In this document: piece by piece, positions 51,301-63,680 of the stretch
Numbering within the stretch: the first letter of the stretch is position 1
Layout of the letters: every line of letters begins with the position of its first letter
Origin: Balanoglossus misakiensis
Lineage: Eukaryota; Animalia; Hemichordata
Direction of reading: 5' to 3'
DNA length: 64,000 bases
NCBI GenBank assembly: GCA_040954595.2
Contig: CM082578.2
Location: 18,060,728 to 18,124,727, forward strand
Program-made: the position numbers and the translations under genes
Notes under the pieces: generated by a model
What the model was told of the DNA's origin: nothing
What the model saw: the letters and a program-made list of their open reading frames with translations, nothing else
Databases searched by the model: none

Positions 51301-54300
51301 TTTAATTCCCATAAATCATCTACATTTACGATCCCTACAAAAAATGTTTGTACCCTGTATATTATCTTTCCAAACATATCTACACTCTGCAAATTGACTA
51401 TAAGCTACCTCTCTATTGAAATGAAAGCATGATTGATTTTTCCAAGAAACGTTGGCTGTTTTGATGACAATCCAATGCCTGAAATCTTACCGTATCTCAT
51501 CCATCATTGTACTGTACAAAGACAGCATGTTCTTGGTCATATGCATCTTGGAAATCTTCACATATTGTTTACAATGTCGAGTTACAAACTCAAGGCAAGG
51601 CTCCAGTAACCAGTCAAACAATAGCTGTGAACAAAACATAACAAGACAAAATCACATGAAGTCTAGATGACACTTGATATTTTACAAACAAATAGGGAAA
51701 ACGTGTGACAAGATAGTCAGAATGCACCAGTTGAGTGCATACTGTGCTCAACCCACCTCAATCGAATGTTTTTGTTGTGGAGTGATAAAATCTGGCAGTT
51801 CGTACTGAATCCAGGATGTTACCAAAGGTTTCGTTCCGAGCTGGATCGGCTCCATGTAGATCATCCCACATCTGTGATTGCCATAAATCACAATATCATT
51901 AATTTAATATCAGACATCGACAGAATTTATCTATCATGATTTTTAATACAGATTTTGAAACATTATTTCATTTTTCAATTCAAAATATAATTGTAGCCAT
52001 GAATAACCATGTTATTGTAACAAACTCACCTGCTGACAGTGGCAGGGGATGCCTGCTCCAAGTCTGCAGGTTCAAATATCATATTCTGTTTGGTGTTCAT
52101 CTGGATGATTTCACCACTCATTAAGCAAAGCTACACAAGAAAAAAAATAGAGTCAAAAAAAATGATTTAATAACTAAGTTTCTCCTTTTAGGACATTTTC
52201 TTTGTGCAGTCATGAAAAATTGTAAGTACCTTGGTTTCAAATTGTTGGAAGAAGAAATTGAAATCATGAATTGAGTCTTACCTTTTTATTGTCGTCTAGG
52301 ACAGTGTTCATATTTTCTATCCAGACTGCATCTACAGGGCCGTCAAAGACAATCCACTTTCTTTCTCTTGTTACACTTGATGCGTGTTCACGGAAAGTGT
52401 TTGCAAGAACTCCATCAGACCATTCATGGGATACAGGATCAAATCGGCCATACAGCTGACCCATGGTCACAGCTTTGGGGTTGATGATACGGTAATCAAC
52501 CTATGAAACAAAATTGTGTAAATAATCAGGAATTTTTTCATGTGCTAGTAGAAACACAAATCAAGACATCACATTAAAATGTCACAGATAAAAGAAAGCA
52601 ATGTAAAATACAACTGCAGTAGTTTTTGAAGTTTGGACTAATTTTATGACTCAAGTACTTAGCTTGAGTATGATGTGCTCATTTGCTTAGCTATAATCAT
52701 TATAGATGTTTGTTTTGCTTTTCATGAATGTACTGACTTAGCAATGGCAGTACAATGCATCCACATCAAGACAGTAGACTGTTTGATGCCATATTACACA
52801 AAGTCAGTTTGAGTCTTTCAGAATCTCATGTCCTCACACACTGTACATTGACTCTGACTTACTGCATTTTCTTCCATGTAGTTTTTCTTGTCCAGATCAC
52901 CGAGGGCTGCAGCCAGTGCTTTGAATGCTGAGGTCTTCCCTCCAAGTGTATCACCAACAATCATCAGACCATGACGTACCAAAATCATTTCATAGATCTA
53001 ACATGATGGGAAAAATGTAGCAATATAGTCCTGCTGTCAGAGATGGTTCTCTAAAAAATGAACTGACTAATAACACAAAGCTATGGTAACAGTAACTATT
53101 GTTGTTTTTTTGGGTCAGAATTTGTGCTTTGCAGTCTGAGTACATGTACACTTGTACTAATCTCTAAGCATGTTGAAATGTGCAGGGTTTACTGAGAGTA
53201 ACAACTTAAACAACCAAAAGTCATGTAGTCCTTTTACATTACTGAGTCTGACTCAAATATTGCAATTCACATAAATTGGACCAGATCTGACAATTAACAA
53301 AATTTTGAACTGACCTGTATGATTTTCTCAATAAACCAAGTGACAGCTTGCAGCTTCATCTTGGTGATATTTTCCACCAAAGCCTCTTCCAGAACAACTC
53401 TGTCAGGTTTGGGCAATTCCACACCAGGGAATAAATCTGATATAATACCCTCAAATAGGGGTATATCTTGTGATAAGAACTGTGGGGTACAAACACAAGG
53501 TGATTATTTGAATTCAATATTACATTTGGTTGAATATTATTATGGTATACTTGGTTGAATTGAAAATCTAACCATAGAAGTGGAAATTAGATTTACATGA
53601 AAACATCCAAGTGATCAGAGTGATCAGGGACATTAATAAAAATAGAACAAGAACTAAATTGTGGAAAATGGGAGAAAGGGGGTAAAATAAGTGCTGGAAG
53701 TTGTCTGTGGCTCAAGTGTGGTATACATACCTTGGGTAAATTGACATCATTGATAGATCTGAGAACCAGTTTATCTTCTGTGATGTCTGGATATTTCAGT
53801 TTGAGGTTACCAGCTGCGGTTAGCACTGACTTGACTGCTCTCATACCGTAGTCATAGTGATGCTGGGATGATAACTGTGTGAAGCAAAAACACAAGGTTG
53901 TTCCAACATTAAGTCAGCAAGGAATAATAAACTAACTCTGACAGCATGTTGTCTAGTTTTTGTAGGGACTTTGAATTTGGCATATTCTTGCAAGATTTGT
54001 CTAAATGTGCTACTTACTTGTTCAGAGCAGAGCCGATAGGTGGCCACAATCTTAGCGGCTAATGCCCTGGCATCAACAAATCCCATGGAGTACAAACTGA
54101 TTTCTGCAATCAGTGCATAGTCAGGTACCATCATGGCAACTGTTCGGAACAGTACCTGTAGTGAGTATAAATACAGTGAGTTGTCAGTTACAGTGAACAT
54201 ACTTAGTATCATGTGAGACTTATTAGACTGGAAGAAGTACTGGTTTATAATAAACTTGAATTTTTTACTAGGTACTGTATACAAATTGAAAGCAAAATAT

Positions 54301-57300
54301 ATCTCATTGCTCTGCCAGACACTTGAAAGCCAAGATGTATACCAGTATTTTAATCCCTTAATGGGTGAGATACAGCAAACAGTATGAATTATTCCTATCC
54401 TCTAAAAAATTCCAAACTCATGAATTGCAATAACAATTCAAGAAATGTGATAGAAGAATCTCGAAAAAGATATCAATCAATACCTTGAGATTATCCGGTA
54501 GTTCTGCTCTCCCTGCATAACCAGGATTCATTGTAATAAAGATGGTACATGATGGATCCAGGGAAATCTCTGTGCCTTCAAATACAAACTTGTCCACCTG
54601 TTCTGCTATGGCTCTCTGAATGCTCTGTATCTGTTGTGCTACCACTGACAACACCTGTGTTCAAGTGAGAAAATGTGACATCAGTCTGCAGTACTATGGT
54701 GGGGATGGACTGAATTTGGGAAATTGAAACACACAGTCAAACCTGTGTTTAGTGGCCACCTCTATATAGTGGACACTATTAAGGCCAGGATTTTTAACTT
54801 ACCTCTAATTCAATTCTGTTGAATTCATCAAAGCAAGCCCAAGCACCAGACTGTGCTAATCCTTTGAAAAACTTCCCCATGGCTTTGTAGTCCAAGCCAT
54901 CAGAACAGTTGAATACGACACACTATAAGGCAATAACCAAACGATAATTTAAGTATATATGGCTTAAAGGTTGAGATTCAACGTACAGAAACATTGCTAC
55001 CATAACGCACATACCCTAGAAGACTCACATCCATTGTCACTACAGACAAGGAGTTTTTGGTTGAACTAACCTGTTTAGCCATAGCTTTGGCTAAATCTTT
55101 ACAAGTCTCTGTTTTCCCAGTCCCTGCTGGGCCTTCTGGTGCACCACCCAGATTGAGCAGCAAGGCACCCATTAAAGTTCTGTAACATCTATCAGTAAGT
55201 GGTGTTATGACCAGCCGACTGGTGTTTCCCAGATATTCATATCCATAAGGTACTGTGGTGGTAATCATTCTGACGACCACTTTGCTGTCCTCCCAATAGT
55301 ACCTCAGTTGACTGATCCATTGGAAGCTGGCTGCATCGGACACTTTCAGCTCTTCCAAACGAAACACCACATCCCTTGCTGCAGGACAAAAATCACAAAG
55401 AATTCTGATAACTTGTGTATACGTGTATTTATATTAGGATGATCCACACTGATCACCTCGGGTTCTCATACCATATAACCTTTGAGAAAAGCAAAGAGAG
55501 TGAGGGCGTAATAATATGACACAGGAATAAAGTACATGACAAAGTGACTTACCATGGACATCGATGACAATGAGAGCTTCAAGAGTGATTCTGTTCATGG
55601 TGGTCAGCTTGCCTCTCACCAGTGTAACGATCTCATCAATCTGTCTATTGCACTTTTGTAAGTATCTCTGTAGTCCTCCTTTCTGAGGAATTGCCTGCGA
55701 GTAGTAAAGAAAAATTGTCTCTACATCAGAATACAGTCTACAGGTTTTGACCATAATTGGATTAATACATGAATTTGTTATGCTAGTGCTTGTATATATT
55801 GTAACCCCCTTGTCTAGAATACAGGATTTTGAAAATTAGATTAATTCAGTCTTAATTTGATTTAGCTTTAGAGAAACATCTAATTTTGATCTTACAAGTT
55901 CTGAACATGATGTGATCTGTCTTACCTTAGAGGCATCTACTGTCCAGTGAATGTTACTTGAGGCCAATATAACCTGACCAGGCCAACTCAACACCCATTC
56001 TTTACGAGGTGTTACAGTGTACGCCTTCACTGCTCTGGCCATCACTTCTCTTATGCTTCTTTTCATCAACTCCTCCACCTGTCGTGTACATGAAAATACA
56101 ACTACAAAATGTCATTCAACTCTTATAAAACTCTGAAAATAGAAAAAGTGAATGTTAGGGTTTGAGTTTTATTACCTGAATAAGCCACTTTTCAACCAAA
56201 CCATGTGCATCAGCCGGGATAATCCTGCTCGCAAACTGTACCACTTCTTTCTCAGCTGATTCCATGGCAACAATTTCTTTGTCGTCTGTAAATGTCAGTT
56301 TAGCAATGCCTTCAAAGCATTTCTTGAGATGAGGTTGCACACGTAGTGGGTCTTTGGTTTCAGAGAGAATTTCAAGTAGCTCGTCGTTGGACAAGAAGAA
56401 GAATCTGCAGAGAGAGAAACATGAAATAGATCATGTTAAGTCAAAATGACGGAAGAATCATTTTATAATATGTACCATGGAAAATTAGAATAGCCAATGA
56501 TAGATTTTCAGTCGGTGTCAAATGCAAAAAAGAGCGCCATCACATGGTCATTCAAACACTCAGACACACCTGTATATAGGCAGAAGTAACTGTGTATATC
56601 TCCAAACAGGATCAAAAGGGAATTTTTTTAAAATACAATTCTTAACATAATGACCTTGCTTGTATTCTAACTGTGCACGCTTTTTGCTGTGCTCAACCTT
56701 TAGCAAAGCAATATATCACACTTAAAAATCATTGTTAGCTTTCTATTCAATCCTACATTGAAGTGAAACAATGAATTTGCAGATACCGAGCCTGATGACC
56801 TCAAACACAAAGTACAATGTTCTTGACAGTGAGTGAACACATGGGTTCACAGAACTGTTATCAATTGAGTTCTATGTTTAATTAATAGAGAAACCACGAT
56901 TTCAATACCTAAATCATGTGTTAGCGTGGGTGGGGAGAAGGTCAATGTCACTCTCAAAGTCAAACCTCTGCACAATGCAAACACATGGATCAAAGCATCT
57001 GACAGTTCGGTAATTCAATCCAGTTCAACGTTCTCAAAAAAGTGCCCTGCCAAAACAAACCTTGGGAAGAAAAGTCTTTTCTGCTCCAGATAATCATTCA
57101 ATCCTTTCTGGATGTCTTCCAACAAACTCTCAGCGTGCTGCAGTTTTTCTAGCATTTGTGGTTTTGCCGTCACCTTCAGTGCCTTGGTGTCATTCACTGA
57201 ATGCATCATAATATCTCGCCTGTGCATAGGATGAGGAAATTCAAATAAATTACTATTGTTGAGAGCTTGTCATATTACTCTATCTCATAATCACAGCTTT

Positions 57301-60300
57301 GCAGTGATTTCATTATTTTGTTTTGGTTTTGTCTGACCATTTATCGAGACAATAAAACCACATATTTCACAAATAAGTGGTTGGCAATAAACTTGAAAGT
57401 GTCACTCTGTAAACATTGACTCTTAGTGATAGTTGCCTGACAACCATGATATTGTGGCCACTCCAAGTAATCCAGTTGAGTTTACTGCCTTCTATAACTT
57501 TGCAAACTGTGAATGTAAACACATGTTCATTGAACCACCATAAATCAGGATTTGTACAGTTAAGTTTAGTGCCATGAGGAGTTTTGAAGTTGCCTAGTTG
57601 GCCAATGAAGTCACCCTACTGTAAGCATATTATCCATGTACACATGAAGGCATACATACAAAGTGGGTTTTATTTGTATCCTTATGTGAATGAACTCTGA
57701 GTTACATCTGTTTATTACTCACCAATTGGCATCAACATCAGTGAACATTGCACCTTCAACGGGAATCTGCCGGCGAATATCCTCAGAACCAAAGATGGGT
57801 TCCAGATACAGCCAGGCAGCTTGCACTTTCAACCAGGAGTCAAGAATTGCTTTAATACGGTGCTGTTGACAAAACAAAGAACAAACCATCAGATTTTCTT
57901 TAAACACCATTGCCCCAAAGTATTGTATTGTCTTACATCGTAATGTTGGACCTGTACAAGCTCTGGCAACAAAATGTACATCCATCTCGTTAACTAGTAC
58001 ATGTACATCCTTTTCAGCTAAGAGTAGACTTACCAATCTTGCTTCCCACTCTTTGACTTCCTCTTCAAAAGGTGCAATAAACGTGGAACCCCTCATAGTG
58101 GTTGTCTTCACTATGTGGTCTTCCAACAACACCTGTACGTCGTCGATGGCCGACAAGATGCTCAGACCAGTATCCTTGTACGGCACAAAGTTGAAGTGAA
58201 CGCTCTCCCAGTCCCCTTTCATTTTGATCAGAGCCTGCAATGCATCAGACATTGTCAATCAAACAAATTAAACCTCTGACCAATAAACACTGATGGGATA
58301 TATCTCAAATTTATTTCCACCCCTCCCCAACACTGTTCTTGTACAGTAGACAATACTGTTAAGTTTGTTTTGTATAAAGAAAAACATATTGTACAACCCA
58401 ATATTGTTTAAGATTTCTGAACTTGATGGTATCTTAGTAAAACAAGTTGCCATGCAAACATACCTTTTCAAGAGCATACTCTTTGCTAGCCTGGGAACTG
58501 ATCTCACTCAAATCATCCAGGTATTTTTCTAGATCCATTTGCAGCATGTCTATGAGAGGTGTGTCTTCTGCAGGTTTCATGTTGAAACCAACCTGCAAGG
58601 AAAAAGGGTACCGCATAAAGAGGTGGCTAGCAGGTTTGACTGTATTTACATTTTATTTGTCCATAATATACATCTACTGAGGTTAGATTTGAATCTTTTC
58701 TATTTTACCTTTTCCGACATGGCATCCCAGTGCCTCTCCTTGATGCCCGGATTACACAGAGCACTGATCAATGGCATATTGATCTTGAATTTCTCCAGTT
58801 TTGCTTTGATAGTAGCTGCCGCCCTCATTGGGCCCATCATCTCCGGATGGGCAAAGATTTTCGTCAACTTGTAGCTGGTACGCCACAAATTCTGGACCTG
58901 TGGTAATTTAGGTACAAGAATTTCAGACTTTTAGTCAAGGCTGACAGAAGTTTTGGGCAAAAATGTTGAAGGTTTACATTAACTATTGTATGCCACAGTC
59001 GAGACTTTTTTGTAAAAATGTTCACTTTATTCCTTCCAGACATATACTTTTTACTATATAAGACAAACATGTAGGTATGTATCTGCAGACTGTGAAAGAT
59101 CTCCGTAACACTGAGTTCACCAGACAACCAAGATTTCTGATAAACATTATGGTTTCTGAGACCTTTAGGTAAATTTCAAATTGACTATAGTTGTTAAGAT
59201 CCCTTTGTGTTACTCATACGTCAGCACAGGTGAAACAATGAACTTGTCTGGGTCAAGGAGAATTATTGTTCGTCAGAGACAGGACACTTTGGCTGTATTT
59301 AAAGGGTACACTGTTGATTGACAGGACCCTAGCATTCCATACAAGACAATGGATGATAATAATAATGCATCAACCATTGGAACCTCAAACAAACCAGGTT
59401 CACCACTGAAATTTTTTATCTAATTTGGGTAATTAAATTTATCATTCTCAATTTACTTGAATGTTATTCCAATGGTGAAATGGACGATAATAAAGGAGAA
59501 AAAGACCCATTTCTGCATGATAAATAATTCAAGGTTACCAACTCAATCTACACCAGACATTCACCAAACACTGACTAGACCTTTGGCATAGTTTAGGTAC
59601 CACCCTATACCTTTACAATCTACTGGTATCTCTCAATAATTTGGGTGCTTGTCATAGAACTTGACCTATGCACAATGACACAGCGATAAAGATCCCAGTA
59701 GAAATCTCAGACTCCATGTATGCAAAAGTCTGTATCACAGGATTTCACATCTAATATCTGATACAGTGTTGTTTTTATAAATTTAATTAATCCTCACCTC
59801 TTCTTCAACGTCTTCTGCATTGACTTGTAGCAAGGGTCCATTCATCCATTTGTCGTACATCTCATGGAACTTGACGGCAGCATTCCATAGTTTGTCATAG
59901 GGTTCCTTAGCATCTTTGATTTCCTCCAGTTGGGTGTATGGACTTTGGACACCGGTGTCTAGCAACATTTCTTCTCTGTTGATAGCAGCTTTCTGCATGC
60001 AGATAAAGACTTGAAATTTTACACCGCGGCCTTCTTAAGATTTTCTATCTGTCGTTGCATTCATTACCATGAAGTTCTGAATTTATTCTACTGGTATAGT
60101 GTAACTTTCAAAATCTAGGATGCTGACCAGGTTGGGAATATCCATCAATTATGTTATTAGTTTTTAATATTCTAAGATGCTGAAATGAATTTATATTATC
60201 CATATTTTTCATTTTATTTCCCACATAAAATGCAACCAACACTTACTTGCAACCTTTAATATTGATTTGAACATAAAATAATAGGAACAAAATAAATATT

Positions 60301-63300
60301 TAATAGCTAAACTGCTTCAATATTATTCTATTCTGTATCTCCTTCATGGGCAAATTTCAGTTAAACTTTAATGCCACACATCCTGCATTACAAATGCTGA
60401 CATTTAGAGAGGAAATTATATTTGAATATTTAATGAAACCTGATCCACCTGTCTTAGTACAGAAAGATCGTTTTCAAAGTTATTAAGAACCGTGAGTTTC
60501 CTTGCTGAGGCTGAGACACAGATTATTGCAGTCCAAGGGGCAGTGTGCCCTCTAACAAACATAAAGACATAATTTCTAAAAAATTCTCTGAGTCAGCTCT
60601 ATACCTTTGCATGTATTGTGTATAATTTTCGTGGGTCACCAGTGAGTTTGTTGAGTCAGTGGCATGTCATATGGGCTTAGAGGGCACACTGCCAAGCAGT
60701 TGTTTTGATCGACACTTACTTCCTTGTAGAAGTCATCCAGCTTTCTGGAAATGTCATGCAACATTCCTAGGTAGTTGTCGGCTTCTGACATTCTGTCCTT
60801 GTGACGGAAGTTTTTCACTTCCTTCGCAACTTCGTCAATACGGAACGAGAACTTAATTTGCCAATCCAATAGCTTCTGCACGGCGATGTCATGCTCCTTT
60901 TGGAGTTTCATCTCGCTGTAAACAAATTAGAATTTGAAATAAAATATTGATTTATCACCACTAAATGAATGCATTGTGTAAATTTCATATTATTTCATTC
61001 TTGGGTATGTACAGGTATGCGCTTTTCTAGATTTTTAAAAACTAATTTTCTTTCTGTGGTTATTAACCAGAAGAAGAATGCAATTATAAAAGTACAGAGA
61101 GACTCACCTATTTCTGATTATTGGTATTACCCTATCAGACCAAGTAAAAGTGTTATCATTAAGGAGTATATCATCCTTTGGCAGATAAGCATAATCCATG
61201 AGGAACAACAAGTTCTCAGCTGCTATCTCAAGTTTCTCCTGAAATACATCAAATCACAAAATAATTGGGAATTACTACCTACTACCTATTGCATGCCAAC
61301 CATTAAACCTATTCCTAACTATTCCCCCAAACGGTCAATTCTTACTTGTCAACTTTTGTATCACCGAAGGTTGTTTTCAAAGTTTGCTCCAAACACAACA
61401 AACAGACAAATGTTATTCTTCAAAAATGCTATTCAGTAATAATAAAATTCTATTCTTGGATTCTCATATAATGGATGTCAACAACTCACTGCATGCAACC
61501 CATTGTACATCCTTCTAATTATCACCCTAACTGTCGATTGTCACCTTTTATAGCACCAAAGTTTTTTCAAAGTTTGCTCCTACCACAACAAACAGACAAA
61601 TGTTATTCTTCAAAAATGCTATTCAGTAGTACATAGCTGTGTATTCTCTCTACTACAAAGCCTGACATCCTTTAGAAACCTCTTTTGCATGTAATCAATG
61701 GCTATAGTAGCCAAAAAAGTTATTGTCATCCGTATCCTTGCTACACAATCACCCTTTCATAGACCGCCTTGACAATTCTCACAATACAATGATAACTGTT
61801 GGGATGATTCATGCTACCTTTGTGTCGGTTATCCTTGACAATCAATGCACAACTTTGTCTGTGAGTACAATCATGCAGTATGTCCTCCACTTACTTTTAG
61901 TTGCAGTAGCTCACCAACTCGGAGACTGTCAGTGTAGTCTTGCAGATGTACCAATGCCTGCGTCGTTTCGGGATAGGATGTCACTTTCTTCACGATGGCA
62001 TCGTACTGCTCGCAGATGCTTCGGTTGAATTTCCTGCTCGTCACTACTATCTTGTTGATCATGATGCCTGCCAAGTCTCTGGCTCTCTCAACCAACCACT
62101 GAAACAATACAAACATGCACTGAGACAATTCTTTGACACGGGCATTTTCAAACACGTTTTTTTCTATTGCAAAGCCATTACTATTCAAGATATGTTCAGA
62201 TGTGGATAATTCTCCTCTGATAACTCTCCTATTAAATTTATAAGTCTGACACATCAAACTTTTTAAGTTTTGTTTTATCCATCATCCAACCAGCAATGCA
62301 TGAATTTACCACTCCTGGATGAGGGAGAATTAGTCTTGAACTCACCAACCTGTGACAGTGAGATCAGTACCCTAGCCACTACATTATAGTGCCTCCAGAA
62401 ATGAAATTGAACTTAACTTTTACATAGACTCGCTTGTTCCTGCAGTACAAGCAAACAAAAGCTTAAGTGACTTACACTGTTGATGTCATTGCAATCCAAC
62501 AGAAACAGATGCATGGGTACATAGACAGGCAATGATCCAACCTCCAATGCCATTGTCTTCAATTTCTCAATCTCCCTGACATATTCCCTGAGATGCTGGT
62601 CTCTACTGATGAACTTCTCAACTTGAAGGTCAGAATCTTTAGATAGCAGATATGCATATGGTACATACTCCGACTGGTATCTGTAGTCATTCAAAATCAC
62701 AGAATATCATTATTTGTAAGACCAGCTTCAAATCAGCAAATGGAAATAAGTTTGCAATTTGATTTAGCATCAACAACTTCACAGACCCCATATTATCAGA
62801 TTGTCCATTAGCATATATATTGCTTTTGATCCATGCATTTAATTGATTGATTGAAAAAAAAAATGTGAAGATATGTCTGCTGCCAATAAACTGGCTTACA
62901 TAGAACACTGATTACAATGGAATATTTCCATACATTCTAGCAAATCTGTGTGCTTCATAACAGACTGGAATTGTTTGTAATTTTTACCTCCTTGGTCCAC
63001 AGCTGTTTCTTAAGATAACCGTCTTAATTCTGTCCTTTGCTATCTCCACAATTTCCTCGTCTACTTCCACTGTGTTGATGTACTTCACCTTCAGATCTTC
63101 CACTTCTAGGAAGAGCTGGTGCTCGATGTGAGGCAATTTCTCAACGCTGTGTATCATGGTGTAAATGATCTGGTACAATTTCTCAATAATGTTTTCAAAG
63201 GAGGGCGTGAATTTGGTGGTCACTCCATCCATGTGTGGACCCTGTGGTATGGAAAATGAAAAATTATTTGTATATGCTTCTGTTGGAAAAAAAAATTGTT

Positions 63301-63680
63301 GTAAAACATTTACAACAAACAGGTGCACACCACCAAAACATTTGCGCTGTTGACAAAGGCTTAATTACAAAACAGAACACTTCACAAATTTGCCCCATCA
63401 GTCATTTAGATAAAGGAGTTCACCCTTTTGAACAACAGGTTATGACATTCTTGTAAGCCTTGCCAGTTGTTAGTTCAAGATTAAACCACTTCCATAAACC
63501 TTTCCCAGATGCATACTTATGGAGAGAAGCTGGAGTCTGGGAAGTCTCATCTATTACATGCAGGGTCTGACCCTGCAGTCTGGAAGCTTACCAACCTCAG
63601 CATTTCTGGGTTGCCAGAGTAACAGGGTTCCTGTCTGGAGTTCTGCAGAAGTTTTTTCAGCCTTCTGTCTGGTCGATTAG
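18189..63680 (-). CDS. DNAH3: Axonemal inner-arm dynein heavy chain, DNAH3/7/12 group, most DNAH3-like; 5' part lies beyond the window
   Basis: Dozens of GT-AG exons: tail/linker ([22 protein letters not shown]), AAA1 GPAGTGKT (~55110-55135), AAA2 [11 protein letters not shown]3 [11 protein letters not shown]4 GHLLLVGIGGSGR, stalk/MTBD, AAA5 [15 protein letters not shown]6 SLGQGQG, C-terminus [34 protein letters not shown] (stop 18189-18191). Family is certain; the DNAH3 assignment rests on recalled signatures and needs a tree. The 63680 end is approximate. Confidence 0.85.
18776..19075 (-). other. Probable U12-type (minor) GT-AG intron in the dynein gene
   Basis: 5' site GTG|GTATCCTTT; branch-like CTTTAAC about 14 nt from the AG; weak pyrimidine tract; joins DPVPV|IWFKP in frame. 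Confidence 0.7.
20790..20882. mobile_element. ~90-bp MITE, copy 3
   Basis: TTCACCCTTTCACC...GGTGAAAGGGTAAA; interior matches copy 4 in reverse orientation. Confidence 0.7.
22010..22015 (-). other. Candidate 6-nt dynein microexon (FG)
   Basis: Long pyrimidine tract, ttgcatttctaag|TTTGGG|gtgagt; host intron is phase 0. Confidence 0.55.
23124..23138 (-). other. Candidate 15-nt dynein microexon (TKDSQ)
   Basis: ctgtag|ACCAAAGATTCACAG|gtattt; phase 0-0; no AG for about 130 nt upstream. Confidence 0.45.
26161..26712 (-). CDS. 552-nt phase-1/1 cassette exon of the dynein: 184-aa disordered insert in AAA6
   Basis: ctaactttcacag acceptor, GTATGT donor, fully open in the host frame, GC-rich coding-like composition. 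Confidence 0.8.
27486..27506 (-). other. Candidate 21-nt dynein microexon (GLQLPTL)
   Basis: ttgcacttttttgcactgttggacag|GTTTACAATTACCAACCTTGG|gtgaga; phase 1-1. Confidence 0.55.
28766..28858. mobile_element. ~90-bp MITE, copy 4
   Basis: AAAACCCTTTCACC...GGTGAAAGGGTTAA. Confidence 0.7.
29410..29631 (-). mobile_element. Possible end fragment of a non-autonomous DNA transposon
   Basis: Minus strand begins TTAAGGTAGAATGCGCCTCG, resembling TTAA-GG (Kolobok-like) ends; the second end was not found. Confidence 0.3.
29900..29968 (-). other. Candidate 69-nt dynein cassette exon ([23 protein letters not shown])
   Basis: ttttcatttttttatacaccag acceptor, ACG|gtattt donor, phase 0-0, open. Confidence 0.55.
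30226..30390. repeat. Long (GAT/GAC)n microsatellite, intronic
   Basis: Directly visible, about 55 triplets. Confidence 0.98.
30590..30685 (-). other. Candidate 96-nt dynein cassette exon ([32 protein letters not shown])
   Basis: catttttctctgcttgcag acceptor, GCT|gtaagt donor, phase 0-0, open. Confidence 0.7.
34175..34234 (-). other. Candidate 60-nt dynein cassette exon ([20 protein letters not shown])
   Basis: tcttattccag acceptor, TCT|gtgagt donor, phase 0-0, open. Confidence 0.65.
34371..34496. mobile_element. MITE with CAGT termini (Tc1/pogo-like)
   Basis: CAGTAAAACATGTTTTAAACTGGAC ... GTTCAGTTTAGACAGGTTTTACTG inverted ends; related fragment near 54735-54776. Confidence 0.6.
37476..37567. 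mobile_element. ~90-bp MITE, copy 5
   Basis: TCACCACCATGGTTTGG...GTTGAAAGGGTTAA, same family as 9272 and 28766. Confidence 0.6.
39915..40015 (-). mobile_element. tRNA-derived SINE fragment
   Basis: Minus strand has A-box-like TAGTCCAGTGGTTAG and B-box-like GGTTTGAGCCC followed by GTGTTGTGTCCTGTGGCAAGAGACTTTAC; no cloverleaf. Confidence 0.65.
41707..41766 (-). other. Candidate 60-nt dynein cassette exon ([20 protein letters not shown])
   Basis: ttttctgctgtag acceptor, GAAG|gtatat donor, phase 2-2, open; its end resembles the preceding exon. Confidence 0.7.
42121..42747 (-). other. Three candidate phase-2 microexons: 42739-42747 (9 nt), 42594-42608 (15 nt), 42121-42132 (12 nt)
   Basis: tattcag|TGATGGCCG|gtagac; ttccctccacag|CAGCGAAAGCCCAGG|gtattt; ttttgttttcag|GAAAGGTTTGGT|gtaacc. 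All 3n and stop-free. Confidence 0.45.
43267..43471. repeat. Diverged tandem duplication of a ~100-bp unit
   Basis: CTGTCTTATCAGTT...CAAGCTATC...CTAATTAC...AATCTG...CAGATTA(A/G)GTTG occurs twice. Confidence 0.8.
46273..46444. mobile_element. Possible MITE with degenerate terminal inverted repeats
   Basis: TGCTTGAGAAAACGGTTA ... TAACCAACTCTCAGCA. Confidence 0.3.
46519..48069 (-). other. Four candidate phase-0 cassette/microexons: 48061-48069 (RCK), 47173-47238 ([22 protein letters not shown]), 46848-46877 ([10 protein letters not shown]), 46519-46542 (KLWDFQIM)
   Basis: AG/GT-bounded, lengths 9/66/30/24 nt, stop-free; donors gtattg, gtgacc, gtaaaa, gtaaga. Confidence 0.6.
47370..47580. repeat. 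Degenerate ~30-bp tandem repeat
   Basis: Recurrent GTACTGTTATGCAATG-like unit. Confidence 0.7.
50298..50312 (-). other. Candidate 15-nt dynein microexon (RNIKF)
   Basis: aaacag|CAATATCAAGTTCCG|gtaggt; phase 2-2; about 335 nt AG-free upstream. Confidence 0.6.
61371..61628. repeat. Near-identical ~65-bp direct repeat, 190 bp apart
   Basis: TTTTCAAAGTTTGCTCC...ACAACAAACAGACAAATGTTATTCTTCAAAAATGCTATTCAGTA at ~61374 and ~61564. Confidence 0.9.
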
